Source: an uncultured Chloroflexia bacterium
GTDB taxonomy: Bacteria; Chloroflexota; Limnocylindria; Limnocylindrales; CSP1-4
Direction: 5' to 3'
Length of the DNA stretch: 64,000 nucleotides
NCBI GenBank assembly: GCA_963710105.1
Contig: CAVPYV010000001.1
Coordinates: 2,454,485 to 2,518,484, forward strand
The stretch's first letter is position 1; each line of letters opens with the position of its first letter. The notes below the pieces were generated by a model. It saw only the letters and a program-made list of their open reading frames with translations, searched no databases and was not told the origin of the DNA. A program made the translations under genes and the position numbers. This document shows positions 53,129-63,467 of the stretch, in pieces.

Positions 53129-54010
53129 TCACCTCGTGATCGGCAATTCGGTCGAACTCGATCCTACGGGTTCGGGCACCCGGTGGCCCGACTGCTCCAT
53201 CACGTGGCCGTGCCCGTCGTCGAACCTGACTCGCATCGTCCAGCCGTCCCGATCGACCTGCCAACGGATCGTCTGGACGATGTCGCCGTCCTTGAGGTCC
53301 GTCTCCTCGATCGTCCGCTCATCGATCGCCCGGACGGACACGCTGGTCACGCGCGGATCGCCGACATACGGCGCCGGTTTTCCGTCGAGGGGCGCGCTGA
53401 ACGACCGGCCGAGCCGGTCCGACATCGAGAGGGCGCCGTCCTCGATCGCATAGACGGTGTCCTCGTCGTGGTCGACGAGATCCATCGCGACGACCTTCCA
53501 GCGGCCCGAGACGAGGTGGGCGTCCGCCTCCGGGGCGCCCACGCGGATGGCCGACGTGGCGAACATGACGGGCCGGCGGGCCGTGTCGGGGCCGACGAGT
53601 GGGGCGCGGACCGGCACCAGGACGCCGTCGAGCGGCATGGCCGCAGGCCACGTCTCGATCCGGGTCTGGCCATCGGCCGAAACCGTCGTCGTCGACTCGT
53701 AGACCACAGCTCCGTCGCGACGGCCGACCTGGCGCACGGTGTACGAGTCAACGACGATGACCGCGACGGTGTCGAAGCGCGGATGGTCGCCGACGGCATG
53801 GTCGAGCTCGTCGGCGGGAACTCGATACGGCGGGCGGCAGGAGAAGCACTCGTAGATCCCGTCGGCGAGGGAGGCCCGGTCCGGAGGCTGGTCGGGCCCG
53901 GGCGGTCCGTACTCGGGTCGCCACGTTCCGTCGAAGGCGCGCTTCAGCTTCGACAGGACGGCCGGCGCCGGCGTTGGGCCATCACTCGCCGGGGTCCGTC
54001 CGCTGGTCAT
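53129..54010 (-). CDS. Hypothetical protein with an internal tandem beta-rich duplication. It lies 6 bp downstream of the MetE-like gene.
   Basis: I recognised no family. Codon usage is consistent with coding. Confidence 0.45.
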   Translation of the reverse strand: MTSGRTPASDGPTPAPAVLSKLKRAFDGTWRPEYGPPGPDQPPDRASLADGIYECFSCRPPYRVPADELDHAVGDHPRFDTVAVIVVDSYTVRQVGRRDGAVVYESTTTVSADGQTRIETWPAAMPLDGVLVPVRAPLVGPDTARRPVMFATSAIRVGAPEADAHLVSGRWKVVAMDLVDHDEDTVYAIEDGALSMSDRLGRSFSAPLDGKPAPYVGDPRVTSVSVRAIDERTIEETDLKDGDIVQTIRWQVDRDGWTMRVRFDDGHGHVMEQSGHRVPEPVGSSSTELPITR

Positions 54011-54143
54011 CCGCGCAGCCTAGACCGGCCGAGCGCAGTCCGGACGCCATCTCCAAGAACGTCTGGCCATTCGGCGAGCTTGCCGAACGCATCGTTGACT
54101 TCGCCACCGGCGGTGCGAGACTGAAACAGGGGCCACGTGATCC

Positions 54144-54596
54144 ATGCACCGGAGGCGGTCCTTGCCTCGACGAATCGTGATCGTCGTGTTTGCGACGGTT
54201 GCATTTGCGATCGCCGTCCTCGGCGCGAGTCAGCTGGACCGAAGCGCCCACTCCGCTTTGCCGCTCGGCTTGGCCGTCGAGGATCCCGCTCCTCCGCTGC
54301 CATCCGGCGCTTCCTGGGCGTGTGCCCAGGCGCGCGCCGGGCCGGTTCGGGTGGCCCGCAATGGGCAGCTGCTTGTGTTCACGTCCCTCGACGGCAAGAG
54401 CACCGCCGATCTGATCTGGCCACGCGGATTCACCGCGCGACTTCTCGATGGACGGGCTGAGTTGGTGGCCCGCAACGGATCGGTGGTCGCGGAGGAAGGT
54501 GATGTTCTCGACGACTTGGGGGGCGGCGTCGGCGCGACGGGCAACGCGTTCCACGTCTGCTCTGTCGCCGGGAAGGGATACGACCCGGTTCCGTAG
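54144..54596 (+). CDS. Hypothetical membrane-anchored or secreted protein (150 aa).
   Basis: N-terminal hydrophobic segment IVIVVFATVAFAIAVLGA. It lies in the lower-GC block. Confidence 0.4.
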   Translation: MHRRRSLPRRIVIVVFATVAFAIAVLGASQLDRSAHSALPLGLAVEDPAPPLPSGASWACAQARAGPVRVARNGQLLVFTSLDGKSTADLIWPRGFTARLLDGRAELVARNGSVVAEEGDVLDDLGGGVGATGNAFHVCSVAGKGYDPVP

Positions 54597-54735
54597 CTAA
54601 CGGTTGACCAGGCTGCGACAGGTGCGGCCGGTCTCGGGCGATCGCCAGCACGTCGCCACGCGCAACGTGTCCGCCAATGACAGCTGGCGGCGTTGGTCCC
54701 GCATCCGCGACGGGCGAGCCCGATATGGTGGTGGC

Positions 54736-55212
54736 ATGCCAATGGTCGAGGTGGAGATCAAGTCCGTCGTTCGCGCACGAGACCGATTGGTGTTGAGCGC
54801 CGAGTCGTGGCGAGAGAACTCTCAGGAGTACTTCGAAGGGCCTGACGTCCGTGTCACGTTGACGTGTGATGCGATGACCGCGGAGTCCGTTCTACCTGCG
54901 TATGTCGCAGATGCCGAGCGCCTTGGCCCGTTGTTTCACGAGATCGATCGCGACTGGCGCGGATGGACCGGCGAGAAGGCCGCGGGTGTTCCGGGGCGAG
55001 ACTGGCTCTCCGCCACGGCGACGCATGACGGTCGTGGCCACGTGGCACTTGCTGTGTCGCTTGCCGCCGGATGGCCAGATGCTGCAGCCTGGTCGGTGCG
55101 CGGCACGTTGTTGATCGACGTTGGTTCGGCGGCCTCGATCGCAAGAGCATTGGACGATTTGTTGTTTGTCATCTGGCCGCCGGAGCACCGATGGCGAACC
55201 CCGACTGCCTGA
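54736..55212 (+). CDS. Hypothetical protein (about 158 aa).
   Basis: ORF with balanced composition in the lower-GC block. The start is chosen at MPMVEVEIK. Confidence 0.35.
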   Translation: MPMVEVEIKSVVRARDRLVLSAESWRENSQEYFEGPDVRVTLTCDAMTAESVLPAYVADAERLGPLFHEIDRDWRGWTGEKAAGVPGRDWLSATATHDGRGHVALAVSLAAGWPDAAAWSVRGTLLIDVGSAASIARALDDLLFVIWPPEHRWRTPTA

Positions 55213-55341
55213 GTTCAGCGCTCCTGCCTATTGGCGCTGATGTCAGCGAGCGCCCGCCAATGTCACCCGAAAGGGTGCGAGCCCTCGACTTCATCCCGAA
55301 CCTGGACTACTGCGATCCGCGGCGCGCCGGTCAGGGCGAGA

Positions 55342-56049
55342 TCACGGGGCCAGGGCGGGAAGGGTCTCGGTAGGGTTCGTCCTCGGGGTTGGCGGGACCT
55401 CTGTCGTGTCGCCCCTACCGTACGGACCAGGCTCGAACATTGTTGGCGTGCCCCCGATGACGGCACAAACAGGGTCCTCCGCCCAGTAGCCTCGGCCAAG
55501 GTCGATCCTGCCGCTGAACACCACGAGCCAGACAGCCGCATCCGTCTGTAGCTCCGGTTCGACCCCGCGAATTGGGACGTATCGGACCGCGTCCCTGGCC
55601 GATGCGACCAGGCCCATCTGAGCAACGTGCTCAATGCCAATGCGAGCGACCCCGCACGACTGTAATGCGGCAGCCGCCTCGGGAGTCGGATTGGATCGCG
55701 AGACCGCCTGAATTGCCATCGGGGCGTCGCCCGCAGCGGAGGGCGGTACAGACGTTGGAGGGATGCGAGTGTCGGATCCCTCGGTCTGAGGGGGCGCGCT
55801 GACGAGAATCGCCGTCGATGGCTCGGGAGGAACGTTGGTGTCAGGCATCTTCGACGCGCCCGGCGGCGGCGTCACCAAGCAGAACGGTGACTGAGCCGGC
55901 GATTGGCCGGGCGCGCACGGGACCGTGGGGACGGCGCCGCCGTGCGTGACCACCTTGGCGGGCTGACTCCCGAGGGCCACTACAGCCGCTGCGAGCCCGA
56001 CGACGACGACGAGCGCCAAGACGGCGACTCGAACGCTAACTAGCCGCAT
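55342..56049 (-). CDS. Hypothetical membrane-anchored protein with a Pro-rich linker and a C-terminal globular domain.
   Basis: MRLVSVRVAVLALVVVVGLAAAVVALGS signal anchor. GAGGGGG Shine-Dalgarno 7 nt upstream of the ATG at 56049. Confidence 0.45.
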   Translation of the reverse strand: MRLVSVRVAVLALVVVVGLAAAVVALGSQPAKVVTHGGAVPTVPCAPGQSPAQSPFCLVTPPPGASKMPDTNVPPEPSTAILVSAPPQTEGSDTRIPPTSVPPSAAGDAPMAIQAVSRSNPTPEAAAALQSCGVARIGIEHVAQMGLVASARDAVRYVPIRGVEPELQTDAAVWLVVFSGRIDLGRGYWAEDPVCAVIGGTPTMFEPGPYGRGDTTEVPPTPRTNPTETLPALAP

Positions 56050-56339
56050 CTCGAACCCCCTCGATGGTCGGCGACAGTCACTTCGCCCGCGGCCCCCCAT
56101 CGTAGGTTTCGCGGTCAAGCGCGCCTTTACGAGCCGAGCGTCACGAGCCCCGTGGGGCATGCAGTGGTGCAAGTCTCCCGTTGGGACACACCGTTGTCGC
56201 AAAGTTGCGCGGCAAGGTTAGGCGGGACCAACGCGTGCGCCGGGTCGGATAAAGCACTCCTTCCCAGACCACGAGGGCCGTCGGCCGCCAAGCGGGATGG
56301 TACAGACCTCGCCGCTCCTTCAGCGTGCGGGAATGGACA

Positions 56340-56615
56340 TCACTTCTTCTTCCAGCCGCTGAACTTGCGCCATGCGAGTCTGACGATCCCGAGCTCTTCG
56401 TCGGCCCAGCCCACCGGGTGATACTCCCCAAGCGGCGACGCGGACCCGTCGCGCATGGACTCCGGCTTTGTTCCCTTCGGCCAAGCCGTGATTCGGCCAA
56501 GGAGCGACAACGGAACCTGCTTCTCCTCGACCATCGTGCTGTCCCAGGGGCCACCGTAGAACTCGATCCATGTCGCACCGCGGTATCGAGCCCCTGGCCA
56601 GTCGTCGTTGTCCAT
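56340..56615 (-). CDS. Small hypothetical protein (91 aa).
   Basis: The composition is not GC-skewed (W/K/E-rich, ends in KKK), which is unlike the antisense noise ORFs. No Shine-Dalgarno is evident. Confidence 0.3.
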   Translation of the reverse strand: MDNDDWPGARYRGATWIEFYGGPWDSTMVEEKQVPLSLLGRITAWPKGTKPESMRDGSASPLGEYHPVGWADEELGIVRLAWRKFSGWKKK

Positions 56616-56662
56616 GTCCGCAGCATAGGGATGCCTTGGTCAGTCAGCGTGCTGTCACGCGA

Positions 56663-58800
56663 CTACGCGCGGCCGGCGGCGACCTCGTCCTCGCGGGTTC
56701 GGCCGGCGAGCTGGATCAGGTCCTCGTGGAGCTCGAACCAGATCCCGTGGTAGCTGTCGACCCGGGGTGAGGCGACGTAGCGGCCGTCACCGCCGAGGGC
56801 GGCCTCGAGCGCGCGGCCGAGCCTGATCCCGTACGCGGCAAGACGCGGACAGCCCGTCTCGACGGGACCGAGCCAGGCCAGCGCGTCGCGCATGGATCGC
56901 GGCCAGGTCGTCCAGCACCGCCTGGTCGTGGTCGGCGTCGGTGTGGTCGTTCGGGACCTGGCCACCCGCGCCGTCGTCGCGGAGCTGCCAGGCGGTGACC
57001 GCGTCCTTGACGCGGTGATCGAGGGCGACGAAGGCATCGAGCGCCGCGCCGGCGGCGTCGATCCCCCACCGCTCCTGCTCGGCGGCGAGGAGCTCCCGGA
57101 CCCGGGCGGTTCCCTCGTCGGTCAGGCGCAGGGCTCCGGCGGTCGTCCCGGTCAGGCCCTCGGCCTGGAGCCGGTCGAGGACCGGCTGGACCGCATCCAG
57201 CGGCGCGAGCACCGCGTCGGCGACGGCCTGCGGCTGGGCGAAGCCCTTGATCCCGATTGCGCGGAGGCAGTCGTCCGGGCTGGCGTCGCGCTCGGTCGCA
57301 GAGGCATCCGTTCGCGGCGGCGCCGCAGTGACGGGCTCGCCGATCGCGATCCCGAGCTCGCGTGACCAGTCGATCAGCGTCCGGGCTTCCGGCACGACCT
57401 CCGTCGTCGCGGCGACCACCCCGGCGAACACCTCGCCCGTGTCGCCGTCGATCGAGATCAGCTCGCCCGCAGCCAGGTCGCGCTCCCCGATCGTCACCCG
57501 GTCGCTGCCGACCTCGACGTCGGTCGCGCCGACCACCGCGGGGATCCCCCAGCCGCGCGCCACGACGGCCGCGTGGCTCGCCAGCCCGCCCCGCGACGTC
57601 AGGATCCCGGCCGCGCGGGCCATGCCATGGACGTCGTCCGGCGACGTCTCCGCCCGGACGAGGATCACGGTCCGCCCGGCCTCCGCGGCCGCCTGCGCCG
57701 CCTCCGGAGAGGTCACGATCTCGCCGCTCGCCATCCCCGGCGAGGCGGGCAGGCCGGTCGTCAGCGGGGTCGCCCGGCCGGCCCCGGCGATCGCCCGCGA
57801 TGGCGGATTCGCGAGGAGCGCCGCCACCCGCGTGACCGCTTCGGCGCGGGTCAGCGGGAAGCCCGGCTCCTCCGCCATGTCGACCGCGATCCGGAGGGCC
57901 GCCTGGGGACTGCGCTTGCCGACCCGGACCTGGAGCATCCAGAGCCGGGCCTCCTCGATCGTGAACTCGATGTCGCAGAGGTCGGCGTAGTGGCGCTCGA
58001 GCCGTGCCGCCGCCGCCCGCAGCTGGGCAGCCACCGCCGGCAGCCGCTCGTCGAGGACGGCGATCGGCTCGGTCCGGTGGGTGCCCGCGACGACGTCCTC
58101 GCCCTGCGCGTCGAACAGGACGTCGCCGTACAGGTCCGGCTCGCCGGTCGCGGGGTTGCGGGTGAACAGGACCCCGGTCGCGGAGTCCGGGCCGCGGTTG
58201 CCGAAGACCATCGCCTGGACCGTCACCGCGGTCCCGAGATCGTCCGGGATCCCCTCCTTCGCCCGGTACGCCCGGGCCCGGTCGCTGTTCCAGGACCGGA
58301 AGACGGCCTCGATGGCGAGCCGCAGCTGGGCCCATGGATCGCCGGGGACATCCGCGCCGCCGACGATCGAGCGGAAGCTCGCCACGAACCGCTCCCGGCA
58401 CGCCCGCGGCGAATGCCGCGCTCCCCGACGCCCGGCCGAGCCCGCCCTCGGTCGCATCGTTCAGGCCGAGGTTCAGGATCGTGTCCATCATCCCCGGCAT
58501 CGAGACCGGCGCGCCCGAGCGGACGCTGACGAGGAGCGGGTCGGCGGGGTCCCCGAAGCGGCGCCCGACGGCCCCCTCGACCGCCGCCATCCGGGTCCGC
58601 AGCTCCTCGTCCAGGCCGGCCGGCCAGCCGCCGGAGAGGAAGGTCCGGCAGGTCGCGGTCGTGATCGCGAACCCGGGCGGGACGGGCAGCCCGAGCTCGC
58701 GGGCCATGACCCCGAGGTTGGCCGCCTTGCCGCCGACGATCGCCTTCGCCTCGGCGAGGGTCGGCGCGACGGGCTCGTCGAGCGCGTAGGTGAGGGTCAT
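56663..58800 (-). CDS. Pyruvate-phosphate-dikinase-like PEP-utilising-family kinase. It has the ATP-grasp nucleotide domain and the swivel phospho-His domain but lacks the PEP/pyruvate TIM-barrel; a roughly 170-aa C-terminal region of unknown function replaces it. One frame change near 58450.
   Basis: KAIVGGKAANLGVMAREL...LLVSVRSGAPVSMPGMMDTILNLGLND (PPDK N-terminus); TAVTVQAMVFGN...GVLFTRNPATGE; GLPASPGMASGEIV...VILVRAETSPDDV...TSRGGLASHAAVVARGWG (swivel His). The ATG at 58798-58800 overlaps the TGA of the upstream gene. Confidence 0.75.
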
Positions 58801-61116
58801 CGGGTCGGGTCCTCCGGCTCGGCGGCCGGCGACGCGTCGCGGATGGCCCGCCAGACGCGCTCCGGGAGTGAGCGGCAGGTCGCGGATGACGGCGCCCGTG
58901 GCATCTCGCACCGCGGCCGCCACCGCCGGCGCGACGCACAGGAGGGCGCCCTCGCTCATCCCCTTCGCGCCGTACGGCCCGGGCCCGTCGCCGTTCTCGA
59001 CGATCTCGCTCTCCATCGAGCGCGGCAGGTCCATGCTCGTCGGGATCCGGTAGTCGATCGCGCCGAGGTTCCGGATCCGGCCGCCCTCGTCGAGGATGTA
59101 GTGCTCCATCAGGGTGTGCCCGAGGCCCATGACCGCGGCGCCCTCGTCCTGGCCCCGGACCTGGGCCGGGTTCAGCGCCCGGCCGACGTCCGAGACGGTC
59201 ACGTGGCGGGCGACGACCACGTCGCCGGTGGCGCGATCGACCTCGACCTCGACAGCGGTGCAGTTGAACTCGTAGAACGCGGCCGTCCCGCCGAGGGGGT
59301 GGTCCGGCTCGGCCTCCTTGCGCATCTCGCCGAGCCCGATGACCTCGCCGCCGAGCCGGCCGAGGCCGCGGGCGAGGACGTCGCGGATCGGCCACGCCCG
59401 CTCGCCGATCCGGACCTCGCCGCGGTCCACGACGATCCCGGACTCGTCGACGCCCTCGAGCCGGGCGGCCATCGTCCGGAGCTTCGCCTGGATGTCGCGG
59501 CAGGCGAGGAGGACGGCGTTGCCCATCAGGACCGACGACCGGCTGGCCGACGTCTGCTGGTCGTACGGGACGACCGCGGTGTCGCCCATGACGACGGTCA
59601 CCCAGTCGAGCGGCGCGCCGAGCTCCTGGGCCGCGATCTGGGCGAAGATCGTCCGGGCGCCCTGGCCCATGTCCGAGGTGCCGGCGAAGACGACGACGCT
59701 GCCGTCGGCGAGGAGCCGGACGGTCGAGTAGCTGAGCCCGGTCGTCGGCCCTTCCTTGAGCCCGACGGCGATCCCCCGCCCGCGGCCGGCCGGCGCCGGC
59801 GTCCCCCAGCCGATCCGCTCCGCGGCCCGGCGGAGGCTCTCCGCCCAGTGCCCGTCGGCCGGCGTGTCGCCGGGGAGGAAGGCGTCGCCGGTGTCCGCGA
59901 GGTTGCGCAGGCGCAGCTCGACCGGGTCGATGCCGAGGACTCCCGCGGCCTCGTTCATGTTCGACTCGACCGCCCAGATCTGCTGGGGGTTGCCGAAGCC
60001 GCGGAAGGCGGTCGAGGGCACGGTGTGCGACAGGACGCTCCGGGCGACGATCCGGACGGCCGGCGTCCGGTACGGCCCGTTCGAGGTGTAGCTGCCCTTG
60101 GCCACGGTCCGGTCGGCGATGTCGGCGTACGCCCCGATCAGGTAGTTCGCCTCGATGTCGCGGAAGACGAGCGCGCCGTCGCGGCGGAAGCCGGACCGGA
60201 CGCGGACCTCGGCCGCGCCGCGGCGGACGGCCTGGAACGTCTCCTCGAGGGTCAGGACGAGGCGGACCGGTCGGCCGGCTCGGCGGGCCATGAACGCGAG
60301 GAGCGGCTCGTACTTCGCGTGCTGCTTGCCGCCGAACGCGCCGCCCGGGTCGGGGGCGAGGATCCGCACCCGGGCGAGCGGCAGCTCGAGGAGCGAGGCG
60401 ATCACCCGCTGCAGCCAGTTCGGATGCTGGATCGAGCTCCAGACGGCGATCCCGTCGCCGTCGGGCGCGGCCATGAAGGCGTGCGGCTCGATCGCGAACT
60501 GGGTGACCATCGGGAACGTGTACGCCCCCTCGACGACGACCTCGGCGTCCGCCTCGGCGCGGGCGAGGTCGCCCCAGCCGTAGCGGTGCTCGCGGAGGAC
60601 GTTCGTGCCGGCCAGCGGGTCGCCCGGCCGGAGCGCCGGGTCCTGGACGAGCGGGCTGTCCGGGGCGAGCGCCGCGGCGATCGAGGTGCTCGCCGGCAGC
60701 TCGTCGTAGTCGACGCGGACGAGCGCGGCGGCCTCCTCGGCGGCGTCCTTCGTCTCGGCCGCGACGGCCGCCACCGGGTCGCCGTCGTAGGCCGTCTCGC
60801 CGACCGCGAGCACGGGCCGGTCGCGGAACTGCGGGCCGAAGCGGGGCATCGGGTCGGGCAGGTCCGCCGCGGTCATCACGAGGCGGACGCCCGGCACGCG
60901 GAGGGCGGCGCTGCTGTCGATGGATCGGATCCGGGCCCGGGCGCACGGCACCGTGACGAGCTTGACGTGGAGGACGTCCTCGAGGCGGAGGTCGGCGACG
61001 TAGGCCTGGCGGCCGGTGACCCGGGCCCGGCCGCCGACGCGCGCCGGCGAGGCGCCGACGACGGAGCCGTCCATGGGGTCCGGGCCGCCCGCAGCGCGGT
61101 CGCGCGCCGCGGTCAT
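58797..61116 (-). CDS. Xanthine-dehydrogenase-family molybdopterin-binding large subunit (second paralog). The C-terminus is probably frame-shifted: the native stop is the TGA in the ATGA overlap at 58797-58799, whereas the six-frame ORF reads on into the dikinase-like gene.
   Basis: RVTGRQAYVADL hammerhead; TAFRGFGNPQQIWAVES (canonical XDH motif); GQGARTIFAQIAAQELG...GDTAVVPYDQQTSASRS. Confidence 0.8.
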
Positions 61117-61681
61117 TGCGGCGCCACGCGGGCGTCGGGGGTCGCCGCCGGGTCGGTGGCGGGCGGCTCAACGGGGCGCCGCCGAGGGCGGGCTCGACGT
61201 CGGCATCGGGCGCCTCCGCCGCCAGGAGGACGGCCTCGATGATCTGCTCGTAGCCGCCGCAGCGGCAGAGGTTCCCGGCCAGCCCCTCCTCGACCTCGGC
61301 CCGGGTCGGGTGCGGCGTCGTCGCGAGGAGCGCCCGCGCGGCGACGAGCTGGCCGGGGATGCAGAACCCGCACTGCGCCGCGCCCGTGTCGAGGAACGCC
61401 TGCTGGAGCGGATGGAGGCGGTCGCCGGACGCCAGGCCCTCGACCGTGGTGATCGCGGCGCCGTCGACCTCGACCGCGAGGACCAGGCACGAGTCGACGC
61501 TCACGTCGTCGACGAGGACGGTGCAGGCGCCGCACTCGCCGACGAGGCAGCACTCCTTCGTGCCGGTCAGGTCCAGGTCGTCGCGGAGGACCTCGAGGAG
61601 GGTGTGGTGGGCGGCCACGTCGAGCGAGCGAGGGCGGCCGTTGACGGTGAGCTCGATCCGGACGGTGGCCGTCGACGTCAT
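61113..61681 (-). CDS. (2Fe-2S)-binding small subunit (second paralog). One frame change near its C-terminus.
   Basis: ECCLVGECGACTV...CGFCIPG...NLCRCGGY. The stop TGA overlaps the large-subunit ATG (ATGA) only in the +2 frame (ORF 61113..61724). Confidence 0.8.
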
Positions 61682-62544
61682 CGCGGATCCCCTCCGAGGC
61701 GGGCGAGCGCCGTCGCGATCGCACGGAGGCCGAGGACGTGGAGCATCGCGAGGCGGTACTCGGGGCTCGCCCGCATCGAGCGCGGCGACGGGCTGGCGTC
61801 GACGAACAGCGCCTCGAGCCGCTCCATCTTCGCGGCCTCGGGCGCCGCCGGATCGGCGAGGACGCCGGTGTCGTCGGTCACGAGGAGCGGACGCGGGCCG
61901 AGGCTGCCGTAGGCCAGCCGCGTCACGCCGCCGGGCCGGATCGCGCAGGCCAGGGTGACCGAGGCGAGGTCGTGGCCGCGCCGCCGCGTCCGGCGGACAT
62001 GGACCGACCCGACCGGCCCGGCCGGCAGGGGCAGCTCGATCGCGGTGACGAGCTCGTCGGCGGCCAGCGTCGTGACGCCGGACCGGACGAACACCTCGTC
62101 GATCGGGATCCGCCGGGTCCCGGCGGGGCCACTGGTGACGACGGTCGCGTCGTGGACGAGGAGGGCCGGTGCCGTGTCCGCGGCGGGCGAGGCGTTGCAG
62201 ATGTTGCCCGCGAGCGTCGCCCGGTTCCGGATCTGGACCGAGCCGACGACCGCCGCGGCCTCGGCCAGGCCCCGGAAGTGGCGCCGGACGCGCTCGTCGG
62301 CGGCGATGTCCGTCATCACCGTCGCCGCCCCGATCGAGAGGCGCCCGTCGCGCTCGGCGATCGCCCCGTCGAGCTCGGCGATCCGCTTGACGTCGACGAC
62401 GACGCGCGGCCGGATCGTGCCGTCGCGGAGGCGGATGATCAGGTCCGTCCCGCCGGCCAGCAGCCGGGCGTCCGGGCCGTGCTCCACGAGCAGGCCGATC
62501 GCGTCGGCGAGGCGGGTCGGCCGCTCGTAGCTGAAGGCGCGCAT
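61678..62544 (-). CDS. Xanthine-dehydrogenase-family FAD-binding subunit (second paralog).
   Basis: ARLLAGGTDLII...ATLAGNICNASPAAD is the CoxM/XdhB-type FAD domain. ATGA overlap with the small-subunit start. Confidence 0.8.
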   Translation of the reverse strand: MRAFSYERPTRLADAIGLLVEHGPDARLLAGGTDLIIRLRDGTIRPRVVVDVKRIAELDGAIAERDGRLSIGAATVMTDIAADERVRRHFRGLAEAAAVVGSVQIRNRATLAGNICNASPAADTAPALLVHDATVVTSGPAGTRRIPIDEVFVRSGVTTLAADELVTAIELPLPAGPVGSVHVRRTRRRGHDLASVTLACAIRPGGVTRLAYGSLGPRPLLVTDDTGVLADPAAPEAAKMERLEALFVDASPSPRSMRASPEYRLAMLHVLGLRAIATALARLGGDPR

Positions 62545-62554
62545 CGGCCGGGCC

Positions 62555-63442
62555 CTAGAGGACCCGATCGACCTCGTCGAGGAGGACCTGCGGCGTCGCC
62601 GCCCGGATGAAGTAGAAGGGCCGCTCGGCGAAGCGCCGGACGAAGTCGGTCCGGGCCGCCCGGAGCTCGTCGGTGTCGACGATCGGCATCGCGATCCCCG
62701 GCGCCAGGAGCTCGTTGAGGAGGAAGTAGCCCTGGACCGAGTGGAACGCCTGGAACTGGCGCTCGAACGGGATCATCGGGGCGCACGCCGGGTCGAAGTT
62801 GCCGTCGATCGCGGGGACGACGACGACATCGACGAGGCTGGGCTCGCTGTGGACCTCCCACGTCGGCATCTCGTGGAAGAACTTCTCGACGCCCCGCTCG
62901 GGGGCGGCCTTGTCGGCGCGCTCGGTGCCCTCGGTCCGCTTCTTCAGGAACGACTGCTTCGACCCGACCACCGCCACGCCGCCGTCGTCGATCACGGTCG
63001 TCTCGGTCGAGACGAGGCGCGCGCCGCGGCGGCAGGCCTCGATCTGGCCCATCGACTTGCCGTGGTTCGACTCGCCGCCGAGGAACAGGACGGTCCGGTC
63101 GCGATAGCGGACGGCGGAGGCGTGGAACGGGTGGAGCCCGACCGCCTCCATCCGCAGGGCGAGGAGCGTGACGACGACCTTCTGGATCGGGCCGGCCGGC
63201 CAGGCGCCGCCGAACAGCATCCGCCGCCCGTCGTACGAGATCCCCCGATCCGCGTCGCGATCCCAGATGACGTCGGGCTCCGGGAGGCTGACCTGCAGCG
63301 CGATCCGGACGTCGGCCAGGCGGTAGTTCAGGAAGCTCATGTCGTCGAGGACGTGGTCGATCGGCTCGCCGCCCCGGACGTCGATCCGGAGCCGGGCCGG
63401 GCCGGCGGACAGCTCCTCGGAGAGCTGGAGTCTGGTGATCAT
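62555..63442 (-). CDS. HPr-kinase/phosphorylase C-terminal-domain-like P-loop protein (HprK-related kinase-like). It is the first gene of the Mo-hydroxylase operon.
   Basis: HASAVRYRDRTVLFLGGESNHGKSMGQIEACRRGARLVSTETTVID matches the HprK C-domain pattern (HASAV...G.SG.GKS...G..L.sDD.v.i) with Walker A GESNHGKS. GGAAGGA Shine-Dalgarno upstream of 63442. Confidence 0.6.
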   Translation of the reverse strand: MITRLQLSEELSAGPARLRIDVRGGEPIDHVLDDMSFLNYRLADVRIALQVSLPEPDVIWDRDADRGISYDGRRMLFGGAWPAGPIQKVVVTLLALRMEAVGLHPFHASAVRYRDRTVLFLGGESNHGKSMGQIEACRRGARLVSTETTVIDDGGVAVVGSKQSFLKKRTEGTERADKAAPERGVEKFFHEMPTWEVHSEPSLVDVVVVPAIDGNFDPACAPMIPFERQFQAFHSVQGYFLLNELLAPGIAMPIVDTDELRAARTDFVRRFAERPFYFIRAATPQVLLDEVDRVL

Positions 63443-63467
63443 CGGGTCCTTCCCGGCGCTCGGCGGC

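Noticed and set aside
56716-61116. Single 1466-aa - strand ORF
   Set aside because: It is a run-on of the Mo large subunit and the dikinase-like gene, plus a long Arg/Gly-rich wrong-frame stretch (59000-56700 in that frame). The genes are separated by an ATGA overlap in the neighbouring frame. It is not treated as a fusion.
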